In this document: piece after piece, positions 9,231 through 20,107 of the stretch
How positions within the stretch are numbered: position 1 is the stretch's first letter
How the letters are laid out: each line of letters starts with the position of its first letter
Origin: an uncultured Gammaproteobacteria bacterium
Lineage (GTDB): Bacteria > Patescibacteriota > Microgenomatia > Daviesbacterales > UBA10151
NCBI GenBank assembly: GCA_964446685.1
Contig: CAYUPO010000003.1
Location: forward strand, 39,183-103,182
DNA length: 64,000 bases
Reading direction: 5' to 3'
Position numbers and translations under genes: made by a program
Notes under the pieces: model-generated
Told to the model about the DNA's origin: nothing
What the model saw: the letters and a program-made list of their open reading frames with translations, nothing else
The model's database searches: none

Positions 9231-10725
9231 ACCATAGAACAGTTATAGTTACTGCTGCCGTTCACCAGATCTTAGTCCCCAAGCTCGTCCCAACCTTGCG
9301 GCAGGAGTCACCTGAAAGTTTAAATTACTGGCACTGGGCAGGCGTCAGCCCGTATACATCAGCTTTCGCTTTGGCACGGACCTGTGTTTTTGATAAACAG
9401 TCGCTCAGTGGCGTTCGCTGCGACCCTGAAATCTTGCGATCCAGGGTGGGACATCTTGCTAACTTACGTCCAGCTATATTGCCGAGTTCCTTAAGGATAG
9501 TTCTTCCGATCGCCTTTGTATACTCAACTCGCCCACCTGTGTTGGTTTTAGTACGGTTTCTCTATGTTTCCATTACGAGGATTTTCCTGAAAACAGAAAA
9601 ATTCTTCCTTTCGGCGTCACAACTCACCTTTGTATCATGCACCTTACGGCACATGACAGCCCGACGAATCGGACCAAGAGCGGATTTGCCAACTCTCGCT
9701 AATTTGTTGCTTGCACTAGCATATAGCTAGCGAAGGTTTTCCCATTCTGTCCCCTCTTAAGGGCTCCTAGATAAATAAATTTATTTCGGACTTGTCAAAC
9801 ATAAAAAAGTACAGGAATTTTAACCTGTTGTCCATCCCATACGCCTTTTGGGGGCCTCTGGTTAGGACCGACTTACCCGACCCTGATTAACATTGGATCG
9901 GAAACCTGGGGCATTCGGCGGACTGATTTCTCATCAGTCTTTCGTTACTCATACCGGCATTCTCACTTCTAAACAATCCACCGCCTCTCACAAGTACGAC
10001 TTCACTTCGTTTAGAACGCTCCCCTACCACTTGTATTACTACAAATCTAAAGCTTCGGCAGTACATTTAGCCCCGATAAATTGTCGGCGCCACTGACCGT
10101 AGTAGACCAGCGAGCTGTTACGCTTTCTTTAAAAGATGGCTGCTTCTAAGCCAACTTCCTGGCTGTCTAAGGTCGATGACTTCCTTTAACACTTAATGTA
10201 CATTTAGGGGCCTTAGCTGTTAGTCTGGGTTGTTTCCCTTGAGACCGCTCCGCTTAGCCGGATCGGACTGACTCCTGCTACACAATATAGTATTTGAAGT
10301 TTGATTGGACCGATAGCATTGCTGCCACCAAGTCCATCCAGAGCTCTACCCCTATATTGATTGCACAGGGCTATACCTAGATATATTTCGGGGAGAACCA
10401 GCTATCTCCGAGTTCGTTAGGCATATCACCTCTAACCACAATTCATCCCAAAGAATTTCTGCTCTAGCGGGTTCGGTCCTTCACTCGTCTCTCGACGAGC
10501 TTCAACCTGATCATGGTTAGCTCACTCGGTTTCGGGTCTAAACACAGCTACTAATCGCCCGATTAGGGCTCGCTTTCACTACGGCTTCGTACAGAATACT
10601 TAGCCTTGCAGCAATGTTTAACTCACCGGTTCATTCTTCAATAGGCACGCGGTTCCACAAAAATGTGGTTCCACTGCTTGTCAACATACGGTTTCAGTTT
10701 CTATTTCACTGGGCGTCTCGCCCTT

Positions 10726-10765
<40 letters not shown>

Positions 10766-11699
10766 CGAAAGCATATTTAGCCTTAGCAAATGGTCTTGCT
10801 AGCTTCACCCAGGATTACACGTGTCCTGGGCTACTCAGGTGTTCAATAACGGTGTTTTAAATTTTAAATACAGGACTATCACCCTCTATGGTCTTACTTT
10901 CCAGCAAGTTCTTCTATTTAAAACACATCGCATAGCTTGAATCCTACAACCCTCCAGGCCTATCTCCTTACGGAAATAGGATAATCTGAAGTTTGGGCTC
11001 TTCCCTTTTCGCTCGCCACTACTTGGGGAATCATTATTATTTTCTGTTCCTGCGCTTACTTAGATGTTTCAGTTCAGCGCGTGCCCGCCGCCAACCTATG
11101 TATTCAGTTGGAGGTACTCTATAAAAGAGTGGGTTACCCCATTCGGAAATCTGTGAGTCAAAGCTTCTTGGCAGCTCTTCACAGCTTATCGCAACCATGT
11201 ACGTCCTTCTTCGGTGCTTTCGACCAAGGCATCCACCGTACGCCTTAATGTTGAGTATATTTTGGCTTCAATGACACACAAAAAGCTTCTTGCGAATCTT
11301 TCTGCATATCTAAATTTGGCCTTCCCATTCATAACTATCGATCGGATAGTTATGATGTTTGTTTTACTTCCACCCTTGCGGGTGTGATAAAACTGTCGTA
11401 TTCACATTTTAAAGTACAAACTCCAGGACTTAAGTTACTACGTCTTCCCTGCCTTTGCAGAGTTTTAAATGAATAATTGACGAATTCACCAAGCTCTTCG
11501 GCCCGGATATGAGCTTTCAATCATTTGATTAAAAAAACTTATCCTTGCTGAAAACCAACCCAAACTCTTTGCGTCAAACGTCTTTCATAGGTTGTGGGTT
11601 ATCTTTTATTTATATTTCGGCTTACGCCGAAGAGCGTAAGCTCGCAAGCTTCGCTTATATATGTAGATAACCCGTTTAAATGTCGTTCAGACATTTAAA

Positions 11700-11760
11700 C
11701 AGTCGAACCTCCTACATCTTCACTTTTGACGAAGTCAAAAGGAGCTTCGCTCACTTTCAA
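11700..11760 (-). other. tRNA-derived fragment (duplicate of the tRNA-Ala 3' portion lacking the T-stem 3' strand and acceptor) plus an 8-bp hairpin
   Basis: 'GTGAAGATGTAGGAGGTTCGACTG' on the minus strand matches tRNA-Ala positions ~39-60, then diverges. It is preceded by the perfect hairpin CTTTTGAC-TTCG-GTCAAAAG. Confidence 0.4.
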
Positions 11761-11808
11761 TTTATTGAAAGGAGTTTACTCATTGCATATGCTTCCACCG
11801 GGCAACTG

Positions 11809-11880
11809 TGGACCCGAGAGGAGTCGAACCTCCTACATCTTCATTGCAAATGAAGCGTTCTACCGGTGAACTACGAGCCC
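11809..11880 (-). tRNA. tRNA-Ala (anticodon UGC)
   Basis: Cloverleaf with acceptor GGGCTCG/CGGGTCC that includes the G3·U70 Ala identity pair. D-stem GTTC/GAAC. Anticodon loop TTTGCAA. T-arm GGAGG-TTCGACT-CCTCT. CCA not encoded. Confidence 0.8.
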
Positions 11881-12010
11881 GCTTAGGGATCCAACAACGC
11901 AAAAAAAGCCACATTTACTTTCGTATCTGTGTCTAAGTTTCGTATTTATATTTAAATTTGAGGGATGCAACGCTTGAGACTCCTCCAAGCCTGGAGGATC
12001 CAAGCTGGGG

Positions 12011-12041
12011 ATTATATGTGAGCGTTGTTTCTCGCAATCAA
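12011..12041 (-). promoter_or_regulatory. Candidate sigma70-like promoter for the tRNA-Ala/23S transcript
   Basis: The minus strand reads TTGATT-(19 nt)-TATAAT, ~130 nt upstream of tRNA-Ala. The spacer is longer than optimal. Confidence 0.3.
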
Positions 12042-12116
12042 CATCATGCTCGGTAATAATATCAAATGAGGAAATCTAAGTCAATACAGACTGTGCGAGA
12101 GAGCATCCAATAACTT

Positions 12117-13937
12117 TTACTGGACTATTCCAGACAGCTTCAAGAGCTGAACCATTCCGGCGAAGTCAAAGGTGTTGATTACACCATCATCATTAGTATC
12201 CAGTTCATCGATCAGATCCTGAGTTTTATTCCAGTTTGATAACATGATTGACAGATCAACCAGATCAACTTTATTGTCCCTGTTGGAATCACCTTTAACA
12301 AATTGTCCGGCTGCCAATTCTGTGACCTGCAGTAATGGATTAGCTGACTTTACTGCAGCTGTGCCACCCTGTACCAGTGCATTGAAGTAGTATTCTGGTG
12401 GATTATTGATTCCAAAGTAACCATCTGGCTGGAATTCAGCTAACCATGAGCCGGTTGCCTGATTATTCGTATCAAATTTAGCAGATGGTGGCTGATTGTT
12501 AACTGGATCGGTACCGAGCGCACCATCGTCCTCAAAGATATTAAAGGAGACTGTTTTGCCTGCACAGGTACCTGTACCTGTCACATTTAGGTTAACTAAT
12601 TTCTTTTCCAGGATTGGATTACTGCTTGCAACCCAAGTGGCTGAGGATATATCACAAGTGGCGGCTATAGGTGATGGAGATGCAACTGGACTTGGCGCAA
12701 CTGATGCTGAAGCCACAACTGATGGTGATGCTACAGGTGATGGTGAAGGCGCTGCTGATGGAGCCACAGAAGCAGATGGAACAACACTAGGTGAGGCTAT
12801 TGGAGATGGAACTGGTGAAGCAATAGGTGAAGGTGATACTACAGGTGATGGTGAAGGCTGGGCAACAGCAGCTACAGTATAAGTACCACCAACAGAACTA
12901 AGCAGGATGTTGGCATTATCAGAGTTTCGGAATACAGTTGAAGTCCCATCAAAGAAAGCAAAGGCAGAACCAGCGGCTTTACCGGTAAAATAGACAGTAG
13001 CCATCAGTGAAGGAGTGGTTGTTCCTTTATAACCCGGTGTTGGTACACCACCTACAACTGAAATAGTTCCAGTGGCATTATCAAAACTAGTTGGGCTGGA
13101 AACCCATTGTGTTATAAAGCTTCCGGTGGTATCTATTCTGGAAACTGATAGTTTATTTGGATCGAAATTGATTTTGGCTGAGAATAGATTGGCATTTTCA
13201 ACGGCGTTTTTAACCCGGACCTGGATTGGCATCTCAGCTCCAACATTAACCGAACCTGAAGCAGGTGTTAAAGTGAATTCAGCTGTTTTTGTAACTGCCT
13301 GAGGGTCAGTCACTGTCACATCAGAATTAGTCAGACTACCGACCATATCACCTGTTTGATTTAAGGCGGCTACATGAGTAGTAGCAGGATCAATCGTTAT
13401 TTGGGAAGCAGTGGTAGTGGTATTTAAAGCCTTAAATTCAAGTGCTGCAACTGAACCAGTGCCACTTTTGTAGGCATTTACTTCCTGAGCATAAGTTAAA
13501 GCTATTGTCCCGCTTGAACTACTAATTTGAGGGGCAACCAGATCTTTAGCAAAAAAACTACTTCGGGCTACTGTTACCAGCTGCAGATTTTGCGGATTGT
13601 ATTTGATCCCCAACTCCATTGCTGTTGGCTGTTCAGTTTTTGCATCAATTGCAACATTAACCAAAAAAGTTTTGCCTTTTTCGATAGTTACTGTATTTGG
13701 TACAACTTCCAGATCAACTATACCAGCAGCAAAAGAGGAGTTTTTTGGAAATAAACTAGAAAAAAGAGTATTTTTGAAAGGAAGTACAGAAGAGAAGAAA
13801 AGATATCCTAAGATCCCAACAACAGCCACAAGAAGCAAAATAGCCGGTGCGATTACTCCTTTTTGATTTAGATCACTTAAATACCTGGACATTAAGATTA
13901 TTATGTGAATTTCTATATCTAAATTACAAGTAGGCAA
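12117..13937 (-). CDS. Large anchored surface protein: cohesin-like domains + Pro/Ser/Ala-rich linker + C-terminal dockerin repeats
   Basis: N-terminal TM + 'PFKNTLFSSLFPKNSSFAAG' motif shared with 56662..58044. 'GGVPTPG' motif shared with 44507 and 46978. (SPxP/ASPS)n linker. C-terminus 'DSNRDNKVDLVDLSIMLSNW...DTNDDGVINTFDFAGMVQLL'. Confidence 0.6.
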   Translation of the reverse strand: MPTCNLDIEIHIIILMSRYLSDLNQKGVIAPAILLLVAVVGILGYLFFSSVLPFKNTLFSSLFPKNSSFAAGIVDLEVVPNTVTIEKGKTFLVNVAIDAKTEQPTAMELGIKYNPQNLQLVTVARSSFFAKDLVAPQISSSSGTIALTYAQEVNAYKSGTGSVAALEFKALNTTTTASQITIDPATTHVAALNQTGDMVGSLTNSDVTVTDPQAVTKTAEFTLTPASGSVNVGAEMPIQVRVKNAVENANLFSAKINFDPNKLSVSRIDTTGSFITQWVSSPTSFDNATGTISVVGGVPTPGYKGTTTPSLMATVYFTGKAAGSAFAFFDGTSTVFRNSDNANILLSSVGGTYTVAAVAQPSPSPVVSPSPIASPVPSPIASPSVVPSASVAPSAAPSPSPVASPSVVASASVAPSPVASPSPIAATCDISSATWVASSNPILEKKLVNLNVTGTGTCAGKTVSFNIFEDDGALGTDPVNNQPPSAKFDTNNQATGSWLAEFQPDGYFGINNPPEYYFNALVQGGTAAVKSANPLLQVTELAAGQFVKGDSNRDNKVDLVDLSIMLSNWNKTQDLIDELDTNDDGVINTFDFAGMVQLLKLSGIVQ

Positions 13938-13959
13938 TTTAGGTACAAAATAACGCTAT

Positions 13960-15597
13960 TTATTTTTGCTTACTCTTTTTATCAATATATAGCACCAGGC
14001 TTAGTGTTCTGGCAGTATTATCATATTCAGAATCGAGAGTAACATTTAATGCAGCGGCGATCTGCTGAGCAAAAATACCTTCCAAGCCTGAGGCGAATTT
14101 CAAATGGCTGCTGCTGCCTAGGGTTCCATATCCTTTGATAAAAAGCATTTTCTTTTCTTCAGGCAGAAGAGAGATCCCAGACACAGCGATCTTAATCCGA
14201 ACAATCGATTCATTATATAAATCTACCTGGACCAAGACCGTTTTTTGAGGGGTCGCCACACTCAGTAAATTAGCTATAAAAATAAGTTTATTTAGTAAAA
14301 TACCAAACCATTTAATTGATATTGAAGTACTGAAATAAGGAGAGGTCATCTGGATTGCAGACAGGTTTAGTCCAGGGGGCAAAGGTGCTAATTTGGTCTG
14401 AGATGAAAAAGCCAGATTATAAGACAGGGTATTGTTGATCAAATGCGAAAATTCCTGATTTTGACTGACCATATTACTGGTGAATTGGGCAAGATCAACA
14501 AATGATGGCACTTTATCATCATTGATCTGTTTAATTTCAGTTAGCAGCATACTATCTTCCCCCCAATTTTTGGCCAGATATAACTGCCCTGCCAGATGAG
14601 CTAATTTCCCTGAGATTAATTTGTCTTTCAAGTCCTCTAAAGTGGCCTGTTGTTTGATCTGAAGAGATTTAATAATCGACAGGGTATCCGGACTTGAATC
14701 AGTCTTAGCGGTAGTTTGAGTGTTAGTAATAATGAAAGTTATTTGTTCAACCGTCCCCTGAAGATCAGCAACAGGCTTAATATCCACCACTACATTAAAA
14801 GGGGCGGGATTATTTTTGGCATACATATTAATTTCGGTTAACCTTTTTTGAACTTTTTGGGTCAGAAAATCTTTAATTAACGGATGATCAGCATTCACAA
14901 AACTGTTATTTTTAGTCCTCAAATACAAAATATCAAAAATCGGCTTACTGACAATTTCTGTACGGGAGAGCATCAAAGCCCGCTCGACGGTATCATTGAC
15001 GGAAAGTATTTTTAAATCCAAATTAGTTATAAAAACCAGTTCATTGATCTCACCTAAAATAATTTTATTGGCTGAAACTTCCTTTTCTAAAATATTTGCC
15101 AGTTTTGCTTTGAGTTGAAACTGTTGGGCCAGAAAATAACAAAAAGGCAGAATAATAAAGTAGGACATAAAATAAAGCGTCAGACTGCCCGGATCCTCAG
15201 CCAAAGTAGTTGCCAGTCTGGGATCGATTTTTAAATGCACTAGCAATCCAAGTGCGGACAGGAAGACAAAAAAGAGTGACGCTTTGAGGCTAAGGAAAAA
15301 ACCAAGACCTAAAGCAAAAAAATGCAACATTACAAAAAATGAGCTGTAAAATCCACCGGTACTGTAAACCAAAAGCTCTACCAACATACTGCTGAAAAAT
15401 AAAAATAGCCATCTGATTACTGCTACTTTCCTGGCATTTGAAGCGGTAAATATAAATTTCTGAAAAAATATCAGTCCAATGATCAGCACGGCCATGGTGA
15501 TGTATTGAGTCTGAAGTGAGGAATTAAAATAAATCAGCAGCAGGGAAAAAAAATTGGACAAAAATAAAATAGTTACTTCAAGCAGAATGATTAACAT
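13960..15597 (-). CDS. Multi-pass membrane PAS + histidine-kinase-like sensor (paralogue of 4094..5731)
   Basis: 545 aa with the same architecture. PAS-like 'INELVFITNLDLKILSVNDTVERAL'. 'KLAHLAGQLY' is H-box-like. 'ASGLEGIF' is G2-like. Confidence 0.45.
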   Translation of the reverse strand: MLIILLEVTILFLSNFFSLLLIYFNSSLQTQYITMAVLIIGLIFFQKFIFTASNARKVAVIRWLFLFFSSMLVELLVYSTGGFYSSFFVMLHFFALGLGFFLSLKASLFFVFLSALGLLVHLKIDPRLATTLAEDPGSLTLYFMSYFIILPFCYFLAQQFQLKAKLANILEKEVSANKIILGEINELVFITNLDLKILSVNDTVERALMLSRTEIVSKPIFDILYLRTKNNSFVNADHPLIKDFLTQKVQKRLTEINMYAKNNPAPFNVVVDIKPVADLQGTVEQITFIITNTQTTAKTDSSPDTLSIIKSLQIKQQATLEDLKDKLISGKLAHLAGQLYLAKNWGEDSMLLTEIKQINDDKVPSFVDLAQFTSNMVSQNQEFSHLINNTLSYNLAFSSQTKLAPLPPGLNLSAIQMTSPYFSTSISIKWFGILLNKLIFIANLLSVATPQKTVLVQVDLYNESIVRIKIAVSGISLLPEEKKMLFIKGYGTLGSSSHLKFASGLEGIFAQQIAAALNVTLDSEYDNTARTLSLVLYIDKKSKQK

Positions 15598-15946
15598 AGA
15601 TAGAATTCATTGTAGTAATAAAATGTGTGGACTGTCCAGAAAGAAAGATATTTAAGAGATCAAAATTACTAAAAATCACTAGCGGGTGCTGGAAGCTTCA
15701 CTGGCAACATGCGTATTGTCTATCTGGGGGGCATTTATATATACATAGGAAGCACCAAATGCCAGAACCACAATCAGAAGCACTACAATCAGCAGACTTC
15801 CTGTTTCAGATTTTGATGATGAATTAAGCACATTTTTAAGCGTATCACCTATTTGTGAAAACTGTCAATTGGAAATTTATACCTTCCAGTTATTACAAAT
15901 CTAGTTGACATAGTATATAAGAAGATCATATCGTAAGAGTACTGCT

Positions 15947-17788
15947 GTGAGAATATCAAATATCCAATATCCAATATCCAATGCCAAATGGGGTTCTAAG
16001 TTTACTTCTTATGTGCTATCTGCTATCAGCTCTCAGCTATCTGCCAACTCTCAAGCTGGTGTTGCTCAATTAGCTCTGGTTATGCTTCTTCTAGCAGGTG
16101 TCGCTGTAGGAACCTATGTGGTCCAAAATAGAACTAATCTCATCCCCCATGCACAGGAATGCACTGAAACCAGACTTGATAATGAATGCCGTGACGATGG
16201 GTATATATATGAAATTTATCAGGACTGTAATGGAGATTATAGAAGAGAAAACACAAATGAAACATGTGGAGAAAAAGATCAGACGGAATCCTGCGGTTAT
16301 GATCAGAAATCTGTAGAATACAGCTGCAAAAATGGCTATCGATGTTTTGAAGATTATTTCAAAGATTCTTCAACCAGCTGTAAATGGCAATATAAAGATC
16401 CACATTTTCACTGTGATGAAGATTCAAAATGTAGTACCGATGCCAAAAATAGCGCAGATAAAAATGAAGAAGAATGTCGAAATTCCGGTAACGTTTGGGA
16501 AGATAACACCTGTAAACAAAAAGCCGTCTCAAAAGGGCCATCTGGTCCAGGAAGCTCAGATGATAACAAAACGGCTGATAACACTTCATATGATCAGGGT
16601 GACTGCCGGGATGGAGCTAAAGTTTATAAAGACGGATACACCTGGATTACTTACTGTACTAAAGTCTGTAGTAAAAACTCTGATTGTCCAAAAAATACGA
16701 CTGATGGTGCAGTCAATCCTGAAACCAGTAACTGGTGTTACGGCTTTAATGGCGGTAAAGCTCCCCGTTGTATGATGCTGGTTCAGAGTGATAATAAAGA
16801 AGTCAATGACCAGTCAAGGAAAAGCAGTAACTCAAAAGCAGTTGAGGAGATTAAATCTACTATTGCTCAAGGTGGAGATCCTAACCCAGCGGCTGCCGCA
16901 GCTACTCAAAGTTCTTCAGCTGATTTTAAAGCTAAAATTGATGCTCAAAATACCCAACGAGGCAGCCTCGTCAGTGAGCTGGCCACTGTTTTAAATAATG
17001 CAGGATCAGGCAATAGTTCACTCACTGGCGCAGTTAACCGAGCCCAATCCCTGATTACTTCAGCTGCTTCAAGTGCTGCTGCCTGCTATACCGGAACTGA
17101 CAAACCATTAAATGACAGCTGTGATGCTACTACCCAGGCTGCCAACGATATCGCGGTTGCTGCTTCAAGGGTGGCTTTATTTGATGCAGTAGCAGCCGGT
17201 GTCCCTAATACCTGTGTCAAAGTTGATATGGCTGTTGGAGCTAATACTTCCAATTCAATTATAGAAGTTGCACCAGCTGAAAATGCCTCCAATCTATCCC
17301 GGTTATTTATGTGTCGCGGAGCAGAAAGCGCCACAGGTAAAAAAGATGGAGATATTAAATGGCGGGTTCGCGATAATAATGGCTCACTTCAAGAAGTATC
17401 CCAAACATCATTAACTCAGCTTGGTTTACAAAATGGCCAAAAACAAATTCTTACAATTCCAGAAAATTTTATAGTTAGACGTAATAACGCGGCAGCCTTA
17501 TCATCTCAGCCTGCATTTGCTGGGACAACTACCTTAAACTTTAATGAAACATCAAGCACTGCGTGGAAGGAAGTAGCTGTTAGTAATTGTTTAAGTAACT
17601 GCTCTAGTTTTCCGTCTGGCGCTGCTTGTTATCAAAAAGGAACTACCAACGAATATAATTGTAATGGAGCCAATCAAACGCAATCAACCGTTTCGGAAAA
17701 GAAGAACTTAGCGAAAAATGCTACCTGCAACGATAATAAAGAATGTAGATCAGGCCAGTGCAATCCGGGGACATCAAAATGTTTATGA
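15947..17788 (+). CDS. Cys-rich secreted/anchored protein, member of a local paralogue family
   Basis: Anchor 'GVAQLALVMLLLAGVAVGTYVVQNRTNLIP'. Roughly 40 Cys residues. C-terminal region 'CVKVDMAVGANTS...MCRGAESATGKKDGDIKWRVRD' is shared with 18138 and 20228. The start codon is uncertain because the 5' end overlaps the (AATATCC)3 repeat. Confidence 0.55.
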   Translation: MRISNIQYPISNAKWGSKFTSYVLSAISSQLSANSQAGVAQLALVMLLLAGVAVGTYVVQNRTNLIPHAQECTETRLDNECRDDGYIYEIYQDCNGDYRRENTNETCGEKDQTESCGYDQKSVEYSCKNGYRCFEDYFKDSSTSCKWQYKDPHFHCDEDSKCSTDAKNSADKNEEECRNSGNVWEDNTCKQKAVSKGPSGPGSSDDNKTADNTSYDQGDCRDGAKVYKDGYTWITYCTKVCSKNSDCPKNTTDGAVNPETSNWCYGFNGGKAPRCMMLVQSDNKEVNDQSRKSSNSKAVEEIKSTIAQGGDPNPAAAAATQSSSADFKAKIDAQNTQRGSLVSELATVLNNAGSGNSSLTGAVNRAQSLITSAASSAAACYTGTDKPLNDSCDATTQAANDIAVAASRVALFDAVAAGVPNTCVKVDMAVGANTSNSIIEVAPAENASNLSRLFMCRGAESATGKKDGDIKWRVRDNNGSLQEVSQTSLTQLGLQNGQKQILTIPENFIVRRNNAAALSSQPAFAGTTTLNFNETSSTAWKEVAVSNCLSNCSSFPSGAACYQKGTTNEYNCNGANQTQSTVSEKKNLAKNATCNDNKECRSGQCNPGTSKCL

Positions 17789-18096
17789 GAAACAAGTTGT
17801 CAGCTATCATTCGTCAGTCTTCAGCTTCAAATGAGAATGGAGTTGGACTAATGATTATCATTGGAATTATTTCTGTGCTGCTGATTGGAGCAATCGCTGT
17901 GACGACTCCGCAAATAAAAAAATTTATCCTTCCATCATCTGCTGAACCTTCCCCTACTTTAAGTCCTGCACCAGAAACAGTTCAACTCTCAGAAAAACAG
18001 CAGTTATATTTGCGTAATAAAGAACGGATCCAGCAGGAATTAAACCTGGATGACACCCAATTTAATCTTTTAGTTGAGAGTGCTGCAAAAAACTAA
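17758..18096 (+). CDS. Small single-TM protein
   Basis: 112-aa ORF with one hydrophobic helix. Overlaps the upstream gene end by 31 nt. Confidence 0.35.
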   Translation: MQSGDIKMFMRNKLSAIIRQSSASNENGVGLMIIIGIISVLLIGAIAVTTPQIKKFILPSSAEPSPTLSPAPETVQLSEKQQLYLRNKERIQQELNLDDTQFNLLVESAAKN

Positions 18097-18137
18097 ACTC
18101 GTTGACAATATGCCCGCAAAACTAATATTGTAAGGAT

Positions 18138-19508
18138 ATGCCCTTTAAACAATTTGAAATTCGAAATTCGAAATTTGAATTTAAATATAAATGTTTTAAT
18201 TTTAAATTTTTAAACTTTTCAAATTCACTTCAAATTTCAAATTTCAAATTTCAAATTTCAAATAGCTTTTCCTCAGAACGAGGTGTGGCTCAGTTGGCAT
18301 TAGTGATTCTGTTGTTAGCTGGGGTAGCTATTGGGACTTATGTTGTCCAAAACAGAACTAATGTTTCTCCTAATGCAGCTGCGCCAAATGAGTCTGAGGG
18401 CTGTAAAAAAGTGTCCTTCTCCGGAAGAAGTGAAAAAGAGCTGGCTGATGGAAGACTCGAGATTACTTTTACCTGGGCAGATGGCAGAACAACTTATGAT
18501 TATAAAACACCTAAAAAAGCTGATGGGGATAGAACTCTAATCGGGGCTCAGTCCCGCGGTACTCTGGCTGATGGAACGGCTATCAATAAGTCAGGTATCT
18601 CTAAAACGGTCGGAACTACCATCACTCAGGGCTGGTCAGATGGGAGTGTTCAATACAACACAGTTACTTCTGGAACAAATCATCAGGGGCTGGCTGGTGA
18701 CAGAATTGATCCTAGTCATTTTATGGTTCCAAACACCAAAGGTGGTTCCTGTGGTGAATCAACAACAACTGCTCCAAAAACCGGAACCGCACCAAAAACA
18801 GGGACAGCTCCTAAAACCGGGACTGCACCCATAACAAACACCACTCCAAAAACAAATACTCAAACAAACAATGCACCCGCTCCCATCACTCAGACTCAGC
18901 CGGCTCCGGCTATTAACACTTCAGCGACCACTGCTACATCACTTTTACAGCAGTTCCAAACACTACAGGAAGTATTTAATACAACTATTGTCACCAAAGT
19001 AGCCAGCTCATCAGCTGTTTTAAGTGCTGATTCAAAAAGCCGAATAGACTCTTTAATTACAAAAACTACTCAAAGCTTAAATAATGGTATCCAGTCATCA
19101 CAAAGTTGTATCACCACACCCACCACCACCTGTGCCAACAGCCTGCCTCCCCTTTTAAATTATTCTCTGGTGGCTGTCAGGCTCACTGCATTTAGTGCGT
19201 TGTTTGCTGATATTCCTGAGATGTGTTCGCGGGCAGATTTTGGAATTACTCCGGCGATAACTGCTGTCTCCCCCGACGGTGCAACCGGGCCAATTTATGT
19301 CTGCAGCGGATCTGATGGTAAAGAAAAAAAATGGCGGATCTTTGATACCAATAACTCCCCCCATCTACTGAGTACTACTGACGCCGCAAGCTGGAAGACT
19401 CTGTCAGATCCAGCTACAACAGCTGAATTCCCTCCAGCTTTCCAGGCTAAATTCTCGCAAGCTAATACCCTGGTAAATCAAGCCAGCAGCAGTGCCTCGC
19501 TACCGTAA
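18138..19508 (+). CDS. Secreted/anchored protein, paralogue of 15947 (start probably downstream of the annotated ATG)
   Basis: The same anchor 'GVAQLALVILLLAGVAIGTYVVQNRTNVSP'. (TAPKTG)n repeat. C-terminal 'CSRADFGITPAITA...YVCSGSDGKEKKWRIFD' domain. The first ~50 codons run through the (TCAAATT)4 repeat and are probably untranslated. Confidence 0.5.
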   Translation: MPFKQFEIRNSKFEFKYKCFNFKFLNFSNSLQISNFKFQISNSFSSERGVAQLALVILLLAGVAIGTYVVQNRTNVSPNAAAPNESEGCKKVSFSGRSEKELADGRLEITFTWADGRTTYDYKTPKKADGDRTLIGAQSRGTLADGTAINKSGISKTVGTTITQGWSDGSVQYNTVTSGTNHQGLAGDRIDPSHFMVPNTKGGSCGESTTTAPKTGTAPKTGTAPKTGTAPITNTTPKTNTQTNNAPAPITQTQPAPAINTSATTATSLLQQFQTLQEVFNTTIVTKVASSSAVLSADSKSRIDSLITKTTQSLNNGIQSSQSCITTPTTTCANSLPPLLNYSLVAVRLTAFSALFADIPEMCSRADFGITPAITAVSPDGATGPIYVCSGSDGKEKKWRIFDTNNSPHLLSTTDAASWKTLSDPATTAEFPPAFQAKFSQANTLVNQASSSASLP

Positions 19509-19794
19509 GCTTATGAACCAAAAAGGATTGACTGTCATATTTCTGAGTATAGGAATCTTTTTTCTCCTATTAGGAGGGGTGGGATTATGGTTTTATTTCA
19601 GTAATTTTGGCCCACTTTCGTCACCCTACCAAATCAATGAAACTAGCCAAACAGAACAATTGGGCACGGAGTCAGAACAGGCAGGAGATAACATGTTAGA
19701 AGAAGCTCCTGATTATAATGAGGCAAGAGAGAAATATGACCTTAGTGAAACTCAGCTTGAGATCTTATCCCGGGTTGATAGCTCGCGGCTCTAA
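19492..19794 (+). CDS. Small membrane protein with acidic tail
   Basis: 100 aa. N-terminal TM 'LTVIFLSIGIFFLLLGGVGLWFYF'. Confidence 0.35.
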   Translation: MPRYRKLMNQKGLTVIFLSIGIFFLLLGGVGLWFYFSNFGPLSSPYQINETSQTEQLGTESEQAGDNMLEEAPDYNEAREKYDLSETQLEILSRVDSSRL

Positions 19795-19832
19795 TGATTC
19801 TTTTTTACTGCCGGATCATCTAAAATATTATT

Positions 19833-20105
19833 ATGCCCTACTCGCAAAAAGGTATCTCCTCCATGATTGTTTTAGTACTTACTGCCCTAATTATTCTGTT
19901 GGCCTGGGAGATTGGTGAATATGCCCAGCTTTATTCAGAAACAAATTATCAAAACCCTTTTGAAGGGCAAACCACCGGAAGAAACTGTTTTGGCAGTAAT
20001 ACCACCTTTGACTGCTATGATCAGGATGAAGGCACTGATTTTGTTGACTCTCCCTCACCCGGTGACAGGCTAATTTTTGGCTGGCAGGATGATAATAAAC
20101 CTTAA
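19833..20105 (+). CDS. Small secreted hypothetical protein
   Basis: 90 aa with an N-terminal hydrophobic segment. Confidence 0.3.
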   Translation: MPYSQKGISSMIVLVLTALIILLAWEIGEYAQLYSETNYQNPFEGQTTGRNCFGSNTTFDCYDQDEGTDFVDSPSPGDRLIFGWQDDNKP

Positions 20106-20107
20106 GA

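Noticed and set aside
12496-12882. ORF 12496..12882 (+) encoding a G/D/A/T-rich peptide
   Set aside because: It is antisense to the Pro/Ser/Ala-rich linker of 12117..13937. It is low complexity, mirroring the sense strand.
16116-16994. Internal plus and minus ORFs within 15947..17788 (16116..16316, 16332..16775, 16359..16589, 16788..16994)
   Set aside because: They are alternative frames inside a longer gene supported by paralogues. The AT-rich codon usage keeps the off-frames open.
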